Of a stretch of 64,000 nt of DNA, positions 12,701 to 27,700 are shown piece after piece (position 1 is the first letter of the stretch; every line of letters starts with the position of its first letter). The position numbers and the translations under genes are program-made. The stretch spans positions 23,336-87,335 of the forward strand of contig NMRA01000214.1 in NCBI GenBank assembly GCA_002633005.1, read 5' to 3'. The notes beneath the pieces are model-generated. The model made no database searches. It saw nothing but the letters and a program-made list of their open reading frames with translations, and was not told the origin of the DNA. This DNA comes from Phoronis australis. Lineage: Eukaryota; Animalia; Phoronida.

Positions 12701-15700
12701 CCAATAAAACCATGTAATAACCCGTTTTGTTATCTCACGGCGTAAGATAACATTTTGGCGTGAAACCGAGGCCGGAGTTTTGGGCCGCCGACTGTACCAC
12801 TGCACCAATCAACAGCTGACGTCATCGAACTTGAAAATAGAATACTTAACTGGTCAAGTGCAACAATCACATGTTCAACAAAGGGCATTGTACCGATATT
12901 TATACGCTATGAAAAATAAAACGCATAATTTCCATAAAAAATAAATAACATTTTAATTCAGTGAAAATTTTCTCCCATTTTCTCTCACTTGTAAATCACC
13001 GATCTCCAATAGGCCTTTCTCGAAATTTATGCATGACTCACATTCCAATCCCAGAAGGAGGCTAGTACTAATAAGTCTACAGGAAGCTGTCTGTTTACAG
13101 TGAATCTCTACATAAACAATGGGGCTATTCGGAAAATCTACCATAACTAGAGGGCGTGCGTGTACTAGTGGTGATAGATTAGCAGCCTCGATTTCGCGAG
13201 CCCTTTAAATACATGGTGAAATGGCTTGCAGCCGTGCCAACTAAATCTGAGATTGCGTAAAAAGGGTGTTTCTATGAGAGGAAGTAAGCACGACCTCATA
13301 CAAAGGTAAGGTTTGTGATTATTTTAACGATTATTCCATGATTATTCTACCAATGCCTGTTAACTGAGGCGCTCGCCGATGTCGACTTCGCGGCAGTCAG
13401 TCGCCAGCCAGAGTCTGGTTAATCTTTGTATGTTGTGATATGTGATACGATACTTGACGTAGCAATCGGGGTTTTTTCGTACATCAAAGCATTATTATTG
13501 TTTGGAATGATTTCTAAAAGTTTATCAGTGACAGTTACATCAATCAATGCTGAGTATTTATGCTGTCAANAGTAATATCATTTCCTAGTAGCATTTTGAA
13601 CTTCTCCAAAGTAAAACCTCATAAATAATTTCTGGAATTTAAAGAAAATGACAAACTTTGAATGTTCTACAAACTCAGTCTCAAAAACCGAAACTTAATT
13701 CAAGGAGACTGCTTGAGTTGTCAGGTTGGAATGAAGACATGCAGTCATATAGATTTGCATATATTACAGAAGACTGCAGGTGACACACATACTCTCTCAA
13801 TTTCATGAAAAACCATTTCACAGTAAAAGAAGCGGTCATGCAATGATGCACACACTGGTGTAACCCCTGAGTTCCATAGTGTTTACGCACTAAAAACTGT
13901 TTTGAATCTGAAAAGTTCACGTCACTGCAACCACGTAGATATTTTCTTAGTACACGAATGTATGTATGTGAATAGTATGTAACCACTTTCTGTGTTGGAA
14001 CTTATACCGAGGTATATTAGCAGAGTTGGCAGACCTGGGTGTATTAATTATAGTCCCCTTGATGAACTATTCGTTTTTCTGCAGCTTTATACATGTATAA
14101 GGATTGCTGGAGGAAAATTTGTCAGAGCGTTTCAATTGCCCAGTAGGAACAGAAATTTGGAAAATATTGACCTGGGCAAATCTACAGCCAAACTCATTGG
14201 TTAATGGTGACAAACTCAAAATGTTCTTCACAGCCTTTGAAACCCTAGTTGGATACAGCTTCGTGAGGCTCAATGACATTTGTATCGTCACTGTAGACAG
14301 GCTCAATATCAGATGTAGCTGTACTAAAGTGACTGAATAGAACAAGGGGGCAGCGTGATGGCTGATAAAATATTTTAATTAATAAGATACTCAGTCATAA
14401 GTGTTCAAAACTGAAAATCACTCCATTTCAGAGAAAACAAGAAAAATGTAACAAATAGCCAGTTTGGGAATACATGTGGAGAGTCATTAGGCATATCAAG
14501 GACAATTAATCACTTGTGTATACATTTCAATTTCCTTGAACAATACTGGATCAGTAAATAAATTGTGAACAGCTGCATGTTTTTAGCAATCTTCAGAGGC
14601 CCTATTGCGAATGAATGATACCATTCATATGGTGTTGCAACAAATGACAAGACTTATCCAGTGTAATATTACTGTGTCAATTTATTTTTATCAGCATATT
14701 ATAATGGCTCATATTATAATGGCTCATAACAGCTGACTACTCCTCTTGATGGCCATGTTAGTTTTCAACTACATGTAGAATAACTTTCACTGGAGTACGT
14801 GTAGCCTTTGGACAAATAATTCTTGCCAGATGACTATGAAGACTTTTTACAAAAATCTTGTATGATTGGAACAAGTGTATGGTCACGATCAGCCAGCTCA
14901 GAGGAGGCTGCATGATTGTGAGCAAGATGGCAGCATTAGCCTCGCTTTGGATTACCTCTTATTACTCGTGAGGTAATATTAAGGAAGGTCTATTTGAATG
15001 CGGGTATCGTGTCGTCATGATCCTTTGACTAGAGCATTATAGTCAGTTACCAGTGGTAACCTACGATATTTTCCCGGTCGAAGCTTAGCGTGATAAAATG
15101 TGTACTAAGCTATAATAGTTGCTAATCCATAACTTTTAGATTCCCTTTATTTCTAGTTTGTTTAAATTTCCCATTAGTTTTTAGTAAAAGCATTATTTGA
15201 CAAAAATAGTTCGGCGTTTCTTAAAAGGTCACGACCTCCGACCCTGGGCCTCTGACATAGAAAGTAGTTACAAACCCGGGGTGAGTCGAGAAAGGTAGAT
15301 CGATTCATTGCAATGTTTCTCGTTCAGTATGTCGTATAAATAGATTATAGCATGTTCTCAGTCGTTATCCAAAATCCACTCGGGGCCTAGAATACAGGGA
15401 TAACGACTTCGCCATGTAAAAATCGATATATGCGCTACATACTTTTTCTTCATTTTTGCTATGGGTAGATTTTAACACACCTTTACAGTTAAATGTATTA
15501 AATAGCATTTGCATATATTTCTGTGCTGTTATATATCAGCGCCCTGATATGGACTGGTACAAGTACAGTGTATGAATTCACAATGTGCGTAATTGGTCAT
15601 GTCACGTGTGCAATTGTTTGAAAATCTTTCCCATACAGTTAACTTCGCTACTACCGAAGTTTCGATCAAACTATGGTTAACCGCGAAGTTAAGCGTTAGA

Positions 15701-18700
15701 GTTTTCGTGATCTTCGAAGTTTAAGTTCAGCGAAGTTATCGCAAGGCGGCGTTAATATGACCTTGGCCTTGCTGTTTTGTCACTGGTCGCCAACAAAATG
15801 GCAAGGCCCTTTCCCTCTCCCTTAACGGAAACAAGAACATCAACTTCACAAGACAGCCAACGGTTGGCACGTTGGAAAGATGACGATATTCTAGAAAATG
15901 ACATATGAAAGAATTGTCTCTTAAGTAGGCTAACAGCTGATCCAAACAAAAGCGGTACGGCGTGGCGGGAATTCATTTTGCGCACACTTAACGTTAGTTG
16001 TTTTTTACTGTGGATAAATAGAAACATAATGCTTATAGTACCAAAATAACAATCATTAGAACAAACTATTAACAATTAATAATCAGTCACCGCCGCTGAG
16101 GGCAAATTGCACAAGCAGTGACACCTTCCGATAACTGCGATGGCATCAAAGTTAAGTGTACTCATTGTAGCGAAGCGTCGACGCTTTGCTTTTAAACCCA
16201 CCTTTTTACTTCGGAGTTAAGGGACCGGTCAGAATTTATGGGAGGGGGGAACCGAAGAAAACACAAGAAGACTATTCAAAGTTTCGAACGTTACTTAATG
16301 GGGGGCGTATACATTTTGCAGAATATGAGTGGGCACCTTCAATAATTAAGTAAATATTTTTGGGTGAAAATTAAAAAGTTATGACAAACCAATTGCGATT
16401 CTTGCAACTTTTGGAAGCAACCGGAAATGCATAACCTATTGGCAAAATATAACAATTTGAATATTTTAAATGTTTTAATGCCGGTTTTCAAAGTATATTT
16501 TTAGTCCACTTAACTTTTTCTTAAACTCTTTAGAAACTTCATTAAAAGCCTTGCCAAATCATCAGCTTTTGTCCAAATTTCCAGCTGACATTCATTACTT
16601 GTATATATATATATCACTACTGTCACCCTGATCACTGTCTTTCCGCTCACTGTCTTCCCGCTCACTGTCTTCCTGATTTCTGTCTTCGTAACTCGACACT
16701 ACAACACCTGATTTAAAAAAGTTACTTTTTTCAGTTGTCCACTTGTCATCTTTGGTTTCTTCATCTTTGTACCAGCTCACTTACTTGCTTCTTTCCCCTC
16801 CTCTAACTTCTCAACTATAAGCTTGATATTTTCGGCCAACTCTTCGTTGAATGCGTTCGTGATTAACATGCGGCGAAGTGGTCCCATGTCATAACGTGCA
16901 TTGAACATGGCTGCATTTGTTGATGGGTCTGAAGATAAAATTGATAAGTCCGTACGCGAGAGAACAGTAGATGCAACGGAATCATACGACTCGAACACCG
17001 CACCACTTTGCTTAAATATGGCACAAAATATTGTGTTGCATCTACTCACTAGCCTGATCTCAAATCTACATGTGCGGCTTTTTTCCTTTTATTTCATTTC
17101 TTCCGCATAGCTTATCTTTCTTCTCATTTCCTTGTTTCATCCATACACCAAACTTTCAGTACAATTTATTCAACTCAGCTTTAACTTTTTTGAGGTCTGC
17201 CATCATATGGTTATAAGACTTCAACTACTACACTATGTGCATTTTCACGTGGGTTCCCTGAAACAACGTGGTTCATTTTGTTTCTATAATTTGCATCTGG
17301 GTCCCAATTTTTAAATTTGCTTTTCCACATCTTGTTCTAGTCACCTCTTCCCTTGAACAATCGTCATCTGTGGTGTCGACTGGCGCAGTCTGAAGGGGTT
17401 TGTAATTTGAAAGAATATTTTTATAATTTGTTTATATACACACATGAACGAGTTATCACCCAGTTGATGCCATTTTCTTTCTTAAAGACAGATATTCCTT
17501 TCACTGGCCCAGAACTTGACGATAAGACTGACATTCTTAAGTGATACTCGAACAACTACAAGAGGTCACCTGCTAAGACGAAGCTGCCCCAAATTTTGAT
17601 TTTTTTTTCTGAAAAAGTGCCCATTTCAAGAAAATGGACACTGTTTTGAGAGGGCGCTCTTTTGGAAATCCCTGGTAGAGCATAAATTGATTTATTTTAA
17701 TCAGAGCTGTACCAGTAAAATATGTTAAGAAAGGCAAAATTGTCTCAGGGCTGTTTCAGTGAAATGGTATGAGACAGGATGGAATGCACTTTTTTGATAC
17801 CCGCTACCCTTAATTTCGATTTAATTTTTGAAGACTGGCCACTGACTTTTTTATTAATTTGCTGTCCACCCCTCTTACGTTTTTACTGGAAGAGCCATCA
17901 TCAAGTATTAGTCTCTTTATTTTTGTTCCAGATGCTAACCAAAGTTCCTTGCAAGCGCCCACTTTGTTGATTACCTCATTAACCACTTTTGCAATATCAC
18001 CCATCATCTTCCACTGGACAGTTCTCTGCTGAATATATACAGTATGTAGTACTGCTTGAATGCCAATGGAGCCATAAACTCTTGCGTATGCCAATACAGT
18101 CTCTCTAAATCTCGTCGTAAAACTTCAATCTCTCCCTGTGGGCATTAGGGAAAAGCAATTTCTTGATATTCCCCGGCACTGTAAATAGAAAAAAATCGAA
18201 ATATTAATTTTGGAGGCTTATGTTTGTAGATTTTTAACTCAGTAATGGGCATTAAAATGAATTTTCCGGGTTGTGACGAGTTAACTTTAAAATGGAAGTA
18301 TTTTCTAGTAGTACATCATTCTATGATCCCACATTTCACTTGTTCTGGGGTAATACAAATACTTATAATTTGCAACTCAAACTTCCTAAAATTATGTCAA
18401 GAGGACAAGGGCTTAGTTCAACAAATTTGATTTTAGCTCAGCTTGGGTAAATTCTCAAGCTTCTCAAATGTAATTCATAAAGGGTAAGACCACCAAACAA
18501 GACAGTCAGCAATATTATGATCATAGTTAAAACAAAATGATGTGTTTTAAAAAATCACACACGAAGTTTAAACTTATTTATTCTTTTAGAAATTTGTGAC
18601 ATTATAGACTAATGTTTCGTGACTGAACGCATGGAGAAATTCCTTTTTTCGTACATAATCACAAGATGGAAGTTTCATACAAAAAATGTCAAATTCAACT

Positions 18701-21700
18701 AAAGCAGGTTAAGAAAGAAAAAACAAAAACTTAAAAAACGTTGATCAATTACAGCAAACTATAACCCCTACATTCAAAAGTAAGGAAAATCCCCATCCAT
18801 GATGTCACACATTTTTAAGTGATTTAAATTTTAAATAATTGGGTCATTTTCTTTTCACTAAGAATAGTTTCTACATGTATATCATCACTCTTGACCACTC
18901 TAGAGCATATTTAGTTTTGGTGTTATTTTTCTTTAATAGATCGGTTTCTATTCAAAGTCATAATAATGAATATCATTTAGTTTTAAAAGCAACAATATTG
19001 CCCAAATATTACTGTACCACCAAATTAACTTAATACAATTGCTATACCACGTGCAATGGGTTACATGAGCATGTATGCTTACATTCATCTGTTGGACATA
19101 AGTAGATGGTGAATCAAATACTAGCTATCGATGCACAATTAATAGTGACAATATTCATAAGCGCAGCAGGAAAGGTAGAGTGATGGAAAGCACCGTGCGT
19201 TTAGAAAATAGTGAAGCACCACAAAACCCACTCAAGTAGAAATTAATTATAGTTTTAAGAGGTAAAACAGAAAGTGCCCAAATTTTCATTTTTAAACTGT
19301 CCAGCATTAGTCCAGTAAAAAAAGTCCATTATCAAGCAAGAAAGTACATTTAAATGATTACAGAGTGCAAAACTTAAATATATTAAGAGGCACACACAGG
19401 AACACGTATTTCAGCTCGAAAACTGGTTTAACACTGCTATATTTGAAGCTTACCATGGTGTTCGAATATCATCATCTGAAGTCCCTGACATATAAAGTGA
19501 GGTCTTCATGTTCTACCAAAATGTAAAACAAATTGATTGAGCACTTCCGGTTAGTGGAAGCCAGACGACGTCACGCACATCAAGAATAAAAATTCTTAAC
19601 ATAACACGAGGCCATCTTGTGGTTCTGGTCACACTACTCTCCTTGATTTGACATACGAACCAATGCTTTAAAGCTAAATGTCTTTTAACAATTTTATACC
19701 TCGTTACCATGTGTTCTTTAATGAGGTTTTAATGCAACTGGCCCATGTTTACAATTATCTGCATTTAAATGACAAGCAGTTCTTACAGCGTATCATTGAA
19801 GAGTTGTAAATTAAGATCTAGGTGATAATGATATATGGAATTGGATCTACTACAATTGGCAATTCATTTTGTCTTAAAGCTTCTGAGGATATATAAAACC
19901 TCGGTAATTAATCAGACAAAAATACTTACATTTTTCTGTTTTAGATTGGTCTTGCTGCTCTGTAGCCTGTCACATTCTTCACAAGGGAGGATCACTTAAA
20001 AAGCTTTTCATTGCCTTCACTGACATTTTTAAACGGATTAAATGACCAGGAAGCATCTGAATCATCTCTGCAAGTTTTTTGATATCATCTTCTTCTAACA
20101 TTGACATCATCTCTACATCGTCATAACCTACGTTTTTCATTCTCTCTGCGTTCATATCTAAATTAATTCAGTCAAAGTCTGGCAATTCATTTATCAAGGA
20201 AGCAGTCATTGTCTTGTCTTGGTATGTAACTCTCTGCGTTATTTAAACCACAGAACCATCATACGACGTAGTCAGTTAATGAATAATTGTCAAATAAAGT
20301 GAGCAATTGTCAGTCAACCGTTGGCAGTTTTATCAGGTAAATTATGTGCACACTCCTGCCATTTTGACAACACAGCGCCCTCTCAAGGAATACTAATTAC
20401 CCAAATAGTATTTATTTAACAGCAAAGAAGCACTGTTCTATTTTCGTGGGATAAATTTATCCCAAAATTATTTGTCACGTAAAATTCTACTATTTTAAGT
20501 ATTGTTTCACAAATAAAAGACTTATTTAAAAAGGATCACTAACAGTAAAATATAACTTGACTCCTCATTACATGGTAGAGGGCGCTTTTGGAACATTGGC
20601 TGCCTCCATGAAGAGCCGTCACTCATCAATGATTTAATCAAAGGAAAGACTATATTTATAGAAGATTGTAATTTTTCTAAAGCTGTGCGAGATCATTATA
20701 GTATCAGGATAAAACAGAAGTCAGAACTTCATCAGCTGTCCTTGAGCTTAAAAAATATTTTTCCACTGCGTTAGCTTTAGAAAAAAATAAAACTCATTTT
20801 TTCCAATTTGGCGTTTTAATCAACCCAAGAAACGCGTTCGCAGATAACAAGTTGACTTTAACCAAACCTCGTTGTATCACCTACTAATGCCTTATTGGCG
20901 CCAATCTTGAAAGATAAAAGCAGGAATAAACTAAAAACTCAATACTGTCTAGGTTAAAGATTGGATATCACAGTTCTTGCTTAGTGGTTTTTCCTCACAT
21001 TTGCCGTTTAATTCACTGAAACCGTAGGTCACGCTTACCGGTTAACAAATTTGAACGCAGTTTTCAAAATTTCTCAACCATTTTGTAGGATTGTCGACGG
21101 TTACAGAGTATTATTTAAGAGAATTGGATGGGAAAGTCGTTTTTAACATCTGTTGCAGGCCGAAACCGTGATTGTTATCCTTTTGAGGGGTTGCCTTACA
21201 GACAACATGAGAGCCAGCGTCTGTGGGTGTTTGGAATACAATGAATGCACGCGGATTTTGAGTCATCTACAGCATATGCCGAGGGGAATTATAGACCCTA
21301 TTCACGCCGAAAGGAGGCGCGTTGCAAAACGAGGCTCGCTGCGATAGCTCTGGTGGCTTATCCGCGTTGTTGTACACCGCGTTGCTCGAACCGCAAGAAA
21401 AAATACGGACACTAAACTGCCTGTTTTACAATCCCTAAGGACGTTGGGATTCGGAAGCGCTGGGTCCTTGCCATACGCCGCGGCGAAGAAAAATATGTCC
21501 GTGTAAAATTTATAACTGTTTTCGAATCATAATTTGTATCATCTCGGATGCCGCCATAGCAACGAGGACTGGAGAATCTTCGGCCAGCCAGGCTGTGTTT
21601 TCATGACTATGGGTTGAAGAGCGATGGATTTTTCTTTTCAAAAAGGACAGAGCCCTCAATACCTCAGTTTTGGAGCCAAATATCGGCCCTATTCCCCTCT

Positions 21701-24700
21701 CAAAAATATTGAAAAATCACGCGAAATTCCCGGCCCCACGAGGCCTAAAAATTCCCTTAATGATTGAAAATTTCTCTCCAACGGTTCAAATCACCTGTGA
21801 CTACAGAGGTGACAATTTGAAAAAGTACAAAATCATAGGCGGATTTAAGGGGGGCCGGGCAAAACGTGAAGCGGGAGGACTAAAGTGAGTTCGAGCTAGG
21901 ACCGGTAGCGGCCGAGGGGAGAAAACACGTTCCGTTTTTTTATTAGTCCAACGACAGATTTCCTGAGCAGAAGGTATACATCCTATGCACCCGTAACTTC
22001 CGGGCCGCCTGCGTGCATACAATTGCGCTTTGCCGCTCCTCCGAGGATGTCGGCCCCCCTTCATGGTATCCTAGATCAGCCACTGAAAATGCTACTTGAT
22101 ACAGAGCTATGATAGCTTGCAACAGGGTGGGGTGCTATTGATCATGATCGGGAGGTCAGTAGATTTTCCACTGACCCGTCACCCGGCGAAACTTTCCCCT
22201 CTCAGAAGGCCGCACAGGCACCTTTCCCCTGGAATATGAACGAGACCTTTGAAGAAACATGATAACTATGCTTGTTCCAGGGGGGATCAGGACTTTGAGT
22301 TGGAGGGCCAAGTCAGAGTATTAGCCAGAATTTAGGCCGTCAGACATTCGCGCTCCTGAACTGCCAAATGGAATCTGGGAGAATTTTAGGGGAGGGCATG
22401 GCCCCCTTGGCTCCCCTCTAAATCTGCCACTGTGTTCTGTCCAGTTAACTGAAATTGAGCTCTAAAACGAGGTCATGCTTTGGACGAAAGAATTGGTCGT
22501 ATTAATTTTAAAATTCAACTTGGTCGAGATTGATATTTGAGAAATATAACACATGAATTAGACGTAATTATTAAAACCAAGAAAGCAGAATAGATGGTCA
22601 TATAATTTTTATTTTCAATTGCGAGCCTGGCTTTTTATCGTAATCAAAATATATATTTAATAACATCAAGTATTATTTCAGATCAATGACAAATCGACTA
22701 TTAGTCCCGGTAGTGCCTACCTCACCAAGACCTATGCTTGAAGCTAATAGGCCTATACTCTTGACCAAAAAATTAAACCAGATGTGACTAATTACACATT
22801 ACAGCAACATGCTTTGAGCCACCACTGTCGCATATATCTTCAACTCGTCAACAATACGACCAGATGACCTGGTTCGTGTAGAAAGCATTTTTATCAAGAA
22901 TTTGTTAGAAGAAACGTAACCCTGCATTCATCATGATACCTAATCCGTAACACTGCGATTGCTACAATTTGGTCGTGTATATTTTCATGTTTCGAACCTA
23001 GTTTTCCGGAAAAAATATAGCCTTTCGTCAGAAAACTCTTTGGTGCATTGACTTGTTCATTAACTGTATTTTTCTACGTCTCTGTGGTTAATTATTGACA
23101 CATTTTTTAAGATTTAATGTTCAGGTTGGACTCCAAAGACCGGCCATTTAACTCACGCCATGTAAATTCCCGCTTTGTTTATCGCAGTCAGCCTCGCTTT
23201 GGATTTTAATGTCCGCTGCGTGAATTGGGTCTATAAGATCGGCGCAAAGGCTGCAAGTAATATAAAGAGGGCCTCTGCGAGCTACTAGTTCACGAAGAGA
23301 CTGTGACGATTTTGACTTGATGTGCCAGCATGTCGGTTCATTACGTACCCTTGTCTTCAAGACATACTCTTCGATTGCAATTGCAAAGAAATGTAACCAC
23401 AGTAATACTTCACTGAAAACTAGTTACCAAAAAAGATAATTGCCAGAATGCAGCAGTTTTTAGCATTAAGCATATTTGTGTTGTTGAACGTAAAGTACCG
23501 CGATCACTGTAGAGGTGATGCACAAACCTATAACGAGTGATGCCAGTGTTCGAATCCTGGAGGCAAAAATCTTCCAGTTTTTCAAAAACATTACCTGCAT
23601 GTACACTGAAAAGTTACATGCATGCACATGCGTGGAAAAAACATCAATTGCGCTGAAAATGAATGCTCTGTTCTTACGGGTATGATCATTCCTTTACGAA
23701 AAACACGTGAGAGTGCCTGAGTAATAAAATACTTAAACATTTTACCTAGTACGTCCATGACAACGGAAGAGCTGGCAGACAAATAATCCGACTTCTTATT
23801 TGACGCCTTACACCTGATGCGGACGCCATGCTGCTTGCTAGTGATGAAAAGAGATACCTCGGACGCATAGATCCCTCTACCAACTTTCACAGGTCCTTCA
23901 TCAGGCAGGAGGGATTCCTGCCTTGAACTCGGCATGTATATGTGGAAAGTTATGAAGACCCCTTCTTTACAAAAGTCGGTAACGCACTTCAAGTCCACGG
24001 TCGAATCTTGCGTCACTACGATAGCATTGTTTGGTCCCCAACGACCGCCAGTCTGAGTGATTGTCACCCTAGTAGGTCCAACTACAACAGTCCCAACGCA
24101 AAGCAATTTTTATACTTTCGTGTTAGCACATCGCAAACGGACGCTTACAAAGAAATACAGCAGGAGCCAGGCCGGAAACAAACCGCTTGCATCTAGCTGT
24201 CACACTTATAAACATGATTCACGGGTTCGATACTAAAATTCTTGACCGATTTGAACTGCCAAACACTGCTTCCGAGTCATAAAAACGATGTACACACACC
24301 CAAAGCACAGTGCATTCATTCTCTTACAAACAAGGTTACCAGATTCCCCGTCTGTTTAGGATTTCCCAAGAGCCTGATCACTACACATCGTATTTAAAAG
24401 TTCTGTGAGTATTCCCTGGGCCCAAAGAAACTAATAAAATTGCCAAACCACAGTAATCATGGGTCAGTATACGTAGACCGACTTAAAGCCTGTACAGGAA
24501 ATTATTACTTGCGCTTCTTGTCCCATTATCAGCTATTCATTTCATTAGAACAAGTACAGTGGTAGTATCGTAGTCAACGTGTCCCTGCAATAAATTCAAT
24601 AGCAATTTTACCAAGTACAACTAAGCTGAACTTTATCCGTTGAGCCTTTCTCGGACGCCTGCCATTTTGAGCCACACAGGTTATGGACGATCCGTCGTAG

Positions 24701-27700
24701 TCTGACGTTACGTTCACCGCAAAGATCCCTCTGTACGAAAGATTGGCTACAGGCCAGATTCGCGGTTGTTTGTGCCACGAGATTGATCCCCTTTTGAACA
24801 CATACACTATGCGCACCGCTGGTGACACGTCATCGGTGATACACTGTATGACGAAAAGTGTTCCAGTTGGGACGGCACACGTTGACGATGAACATTTGTG
24901 CACGCCAGAGAAAGCCCACCGCAGTGAGTTTGGTCCATCTGCAACAAACAAAAATGAGTAAATCTGTCCTTGTTGTGAGGGCTTTGTGAGTGGTAAACTG
25001 TCCGCCAAATGCAATCTCAGGCAGCCTTTACCCTTACGAAACAAAATCCCGCATTACTGTACCCATAATGGACTGTGTCACTCGTAATGTAAATCACTCC
25101 TTGTTGATAAAGACACTGCTAAGCAAGCACCATCTAGTCTCTCGCTACTTCCTAGGTTGGATCTTGTGGTTTGAAGTACATTTCCTTAGGATTCTGATGC
25201 CGTCTCATGGGGGTAATGTATGAGTTTACTTAGGAACGTGTGGAAAAACCTGTACATTTACCCATATATCCACCAAACTTTAGAATTTGATTCAGCCAAT
25301 GTATACATTTTCTGAAAGCGGAAATTCTGTAGAAGTGGATTTTTGACCGATATGCCAATGGTTAGGTCACGTGATATTGCTTTGTTCGAAAAATTTAGCA
25401 AAAAGAATGGCACATTCATAGCAAAGCAACAGGATCACTAAAATGACCAAATTTCTTATGGTGTAAATGCTCAAAAATCTCAAAACGACTGCTACAGTTT
25501 TCCAAGTTTTCGTTTCGTTTTCGTTTTCGTTCTGTGCAAATTTAAAGCTGTTCCATAAACTTCAGGTAAGTCCTACATGTATATTTGGTAGTCCTTCATG
25601 CAAAAGTGGGGAATTTTAAAGCAATTTCTAGAAGAGTTTTGGAGACCGTGTAAAAAGCATAGTATCTAGAAGTATCATGTGAGTCAACCTAGCCATTTCT
25701 GAGAAACGATGTTCCGAATTTGGGCAAAATTGACCATTTTTCGATGGCGCTACAAAACCATCTGGTCAATCATACATTTACGTATCTGTTTACCCAGCTG
25801 CATTGCCTACAACGCAGTACAGGTCAGCCTGTCATATTTGAACTTATTGCTCCCAGGCTTAAGGCACGCCAGAACCAAGCGGCACAGAAATTTCATGTGT
25901 GCGACAACCATTTCTTAACGTCGGATAACGAAAGGGCATGCACTCAGAAATAATGAAGGCCGTTACTGAACATGCTCGAAACAAATGGCTGCTGTCATTC
26001 CTTTTACTGCTCCGTCGCTACTTGCAATGTCTTGAAGGAGTTAATATTCTTGTTACTGCAGACGCAATCGTTCATATTGCCTGTGTATATTAAGTATTGT
26101 TTCCTGTTGTACTCATTTTCAAGTACCCCCCAGATTGTGAACTTGTCACGTGGTACTGACATTTAAAAGCGTTTTACCCGCCAGTTCCATTCATTCGTAT
26201 TTCGTATTTCGTATCTGTGTGCAGTGTATGCATCTCATTGGTTTCGTCGTCGAGATTGCAGGGTTTTCATGATGTAAGTAGTGTTCTTTTGCTTATCGTT
26301 ATATTCTGGTTTGTGCAATGCATTCTCTCGTGTCCCGTGTAGTTTCAGTATTTTCGCTTTATTTACTTCGCCGTATTTCGTCCTTCGTGGTTCGTGTCGA
26401 GGGTTTGGGCGTTGTTCGCTGCGACCTTGATATTGCAATTCACAAACCAGTCTGTTTCTAGCTCATATTATTGTAATGGTTTAGCGTGACTTGGTGTCTA
26501 GTTTGCGTCGCGGTATCACGGCAGAATTGTGTATGAATTAGGTTCGTTTTTGTATATAGTATTTTCATATAAGATTCAGTTTATCTGATGTAGCCATTTC
26601 GTTACTTGTACATTTTCTTCGTTGATGTAAATAACGGTTTTGTATATATTGTCACTGCCTGTGCTTGTATTATATTTCGTAGTAGTGACTCAGGGTTTTG
26701 TTTATTTCAGTTTACGGGTTTGTCTATGTACTGACGGCACACGAATAAAAGAATTATGCTGTACGTAGAATCACCTGTGTTTCTCTCGATTGTTCGCTGA
26801 CACTGCGTCAGAACAATTCTATTAAAAGCGAATGAATAATTCGTGCGTCAGAGCTACCAATTAATTCCGTGTTCCGATTGTATTGGTATCAAATTCATGT
26901 CGGACACATATACTTCCCACTCCAAAGATTACGATTTACATATCTTCAGACCAGTTTTACAGTAATTCGTTTCAAGAAGCAGAGCACGGAGGACAGCAAG
27001 ACGTCGGGGTTCACTCACAGCGAAACATCTTCACTTATGGAACGTACATGTAAATGCCGGATTCAGTTTCGTAATTCAACACTCAAACGTCTGCTGCCAA
27101 TCACTACGATACTATAGTTAGCTCGGAACGTAATAGCGAAACATTGGTTTTACTCTAGCGCAATTTTGCGAGGTCTCGTGCGTTTTTTTTCGCAAGAAAC
27201 TAGGAGTACTGAACACACACCAAATAGAAACGTTTTGCAACGCAAGATACTTTCAAGAGACTAATCACCAATTTCCCTGAACAAGCCATTGCGATATCTC
27301 GCGAAGTCTCGTTAAATTGGCAAGAGACTAGCCTTATCGGATGATAAACCTGTAATGGCGATGTCAACAAATCCTTGTTTTGCCACACGTTAATGTCTCA
27401 GTGACGTCCGACTTGAGTGATAAACGCAGGGTTAAACTCTAAATTCATTCTCTGCGTGACAATTAGAGTTTTATTGTTCTTTGTGTGTGGTATCCCCCTA
27501 GAGTTGTTGTGAGACTCGCCAAAAAGGAAAGTCACGCTTGTCCGTTTAGCAGGCTCTGTAAGGAGTTTCAAATTTGCTCCAAATTTTTTTTTGGGATATC
27601 AAGGGTTACAGAGTAGTGTTTTGTTTCAGAAAACGCAATGAGAAAATCGTATTTAATACCTGTTAATATCCCAAACCGTCTGTGATATTCTTTTAAGGCA

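Noticed and set aside
15638-16220. Possible Myb/SANT-like remnant (RWKDDDIL...AWREF) inside a palindromic cgaagtt-rich repeat
   Set aside because: Too short and degenerate to call; probably a nested transposon fragment.
16619-16690. 15-bp tandem repeat giving EDSER-like acidic peptide
   Set aside because: Low-complexity repeat within a decayed region; no intact gene.
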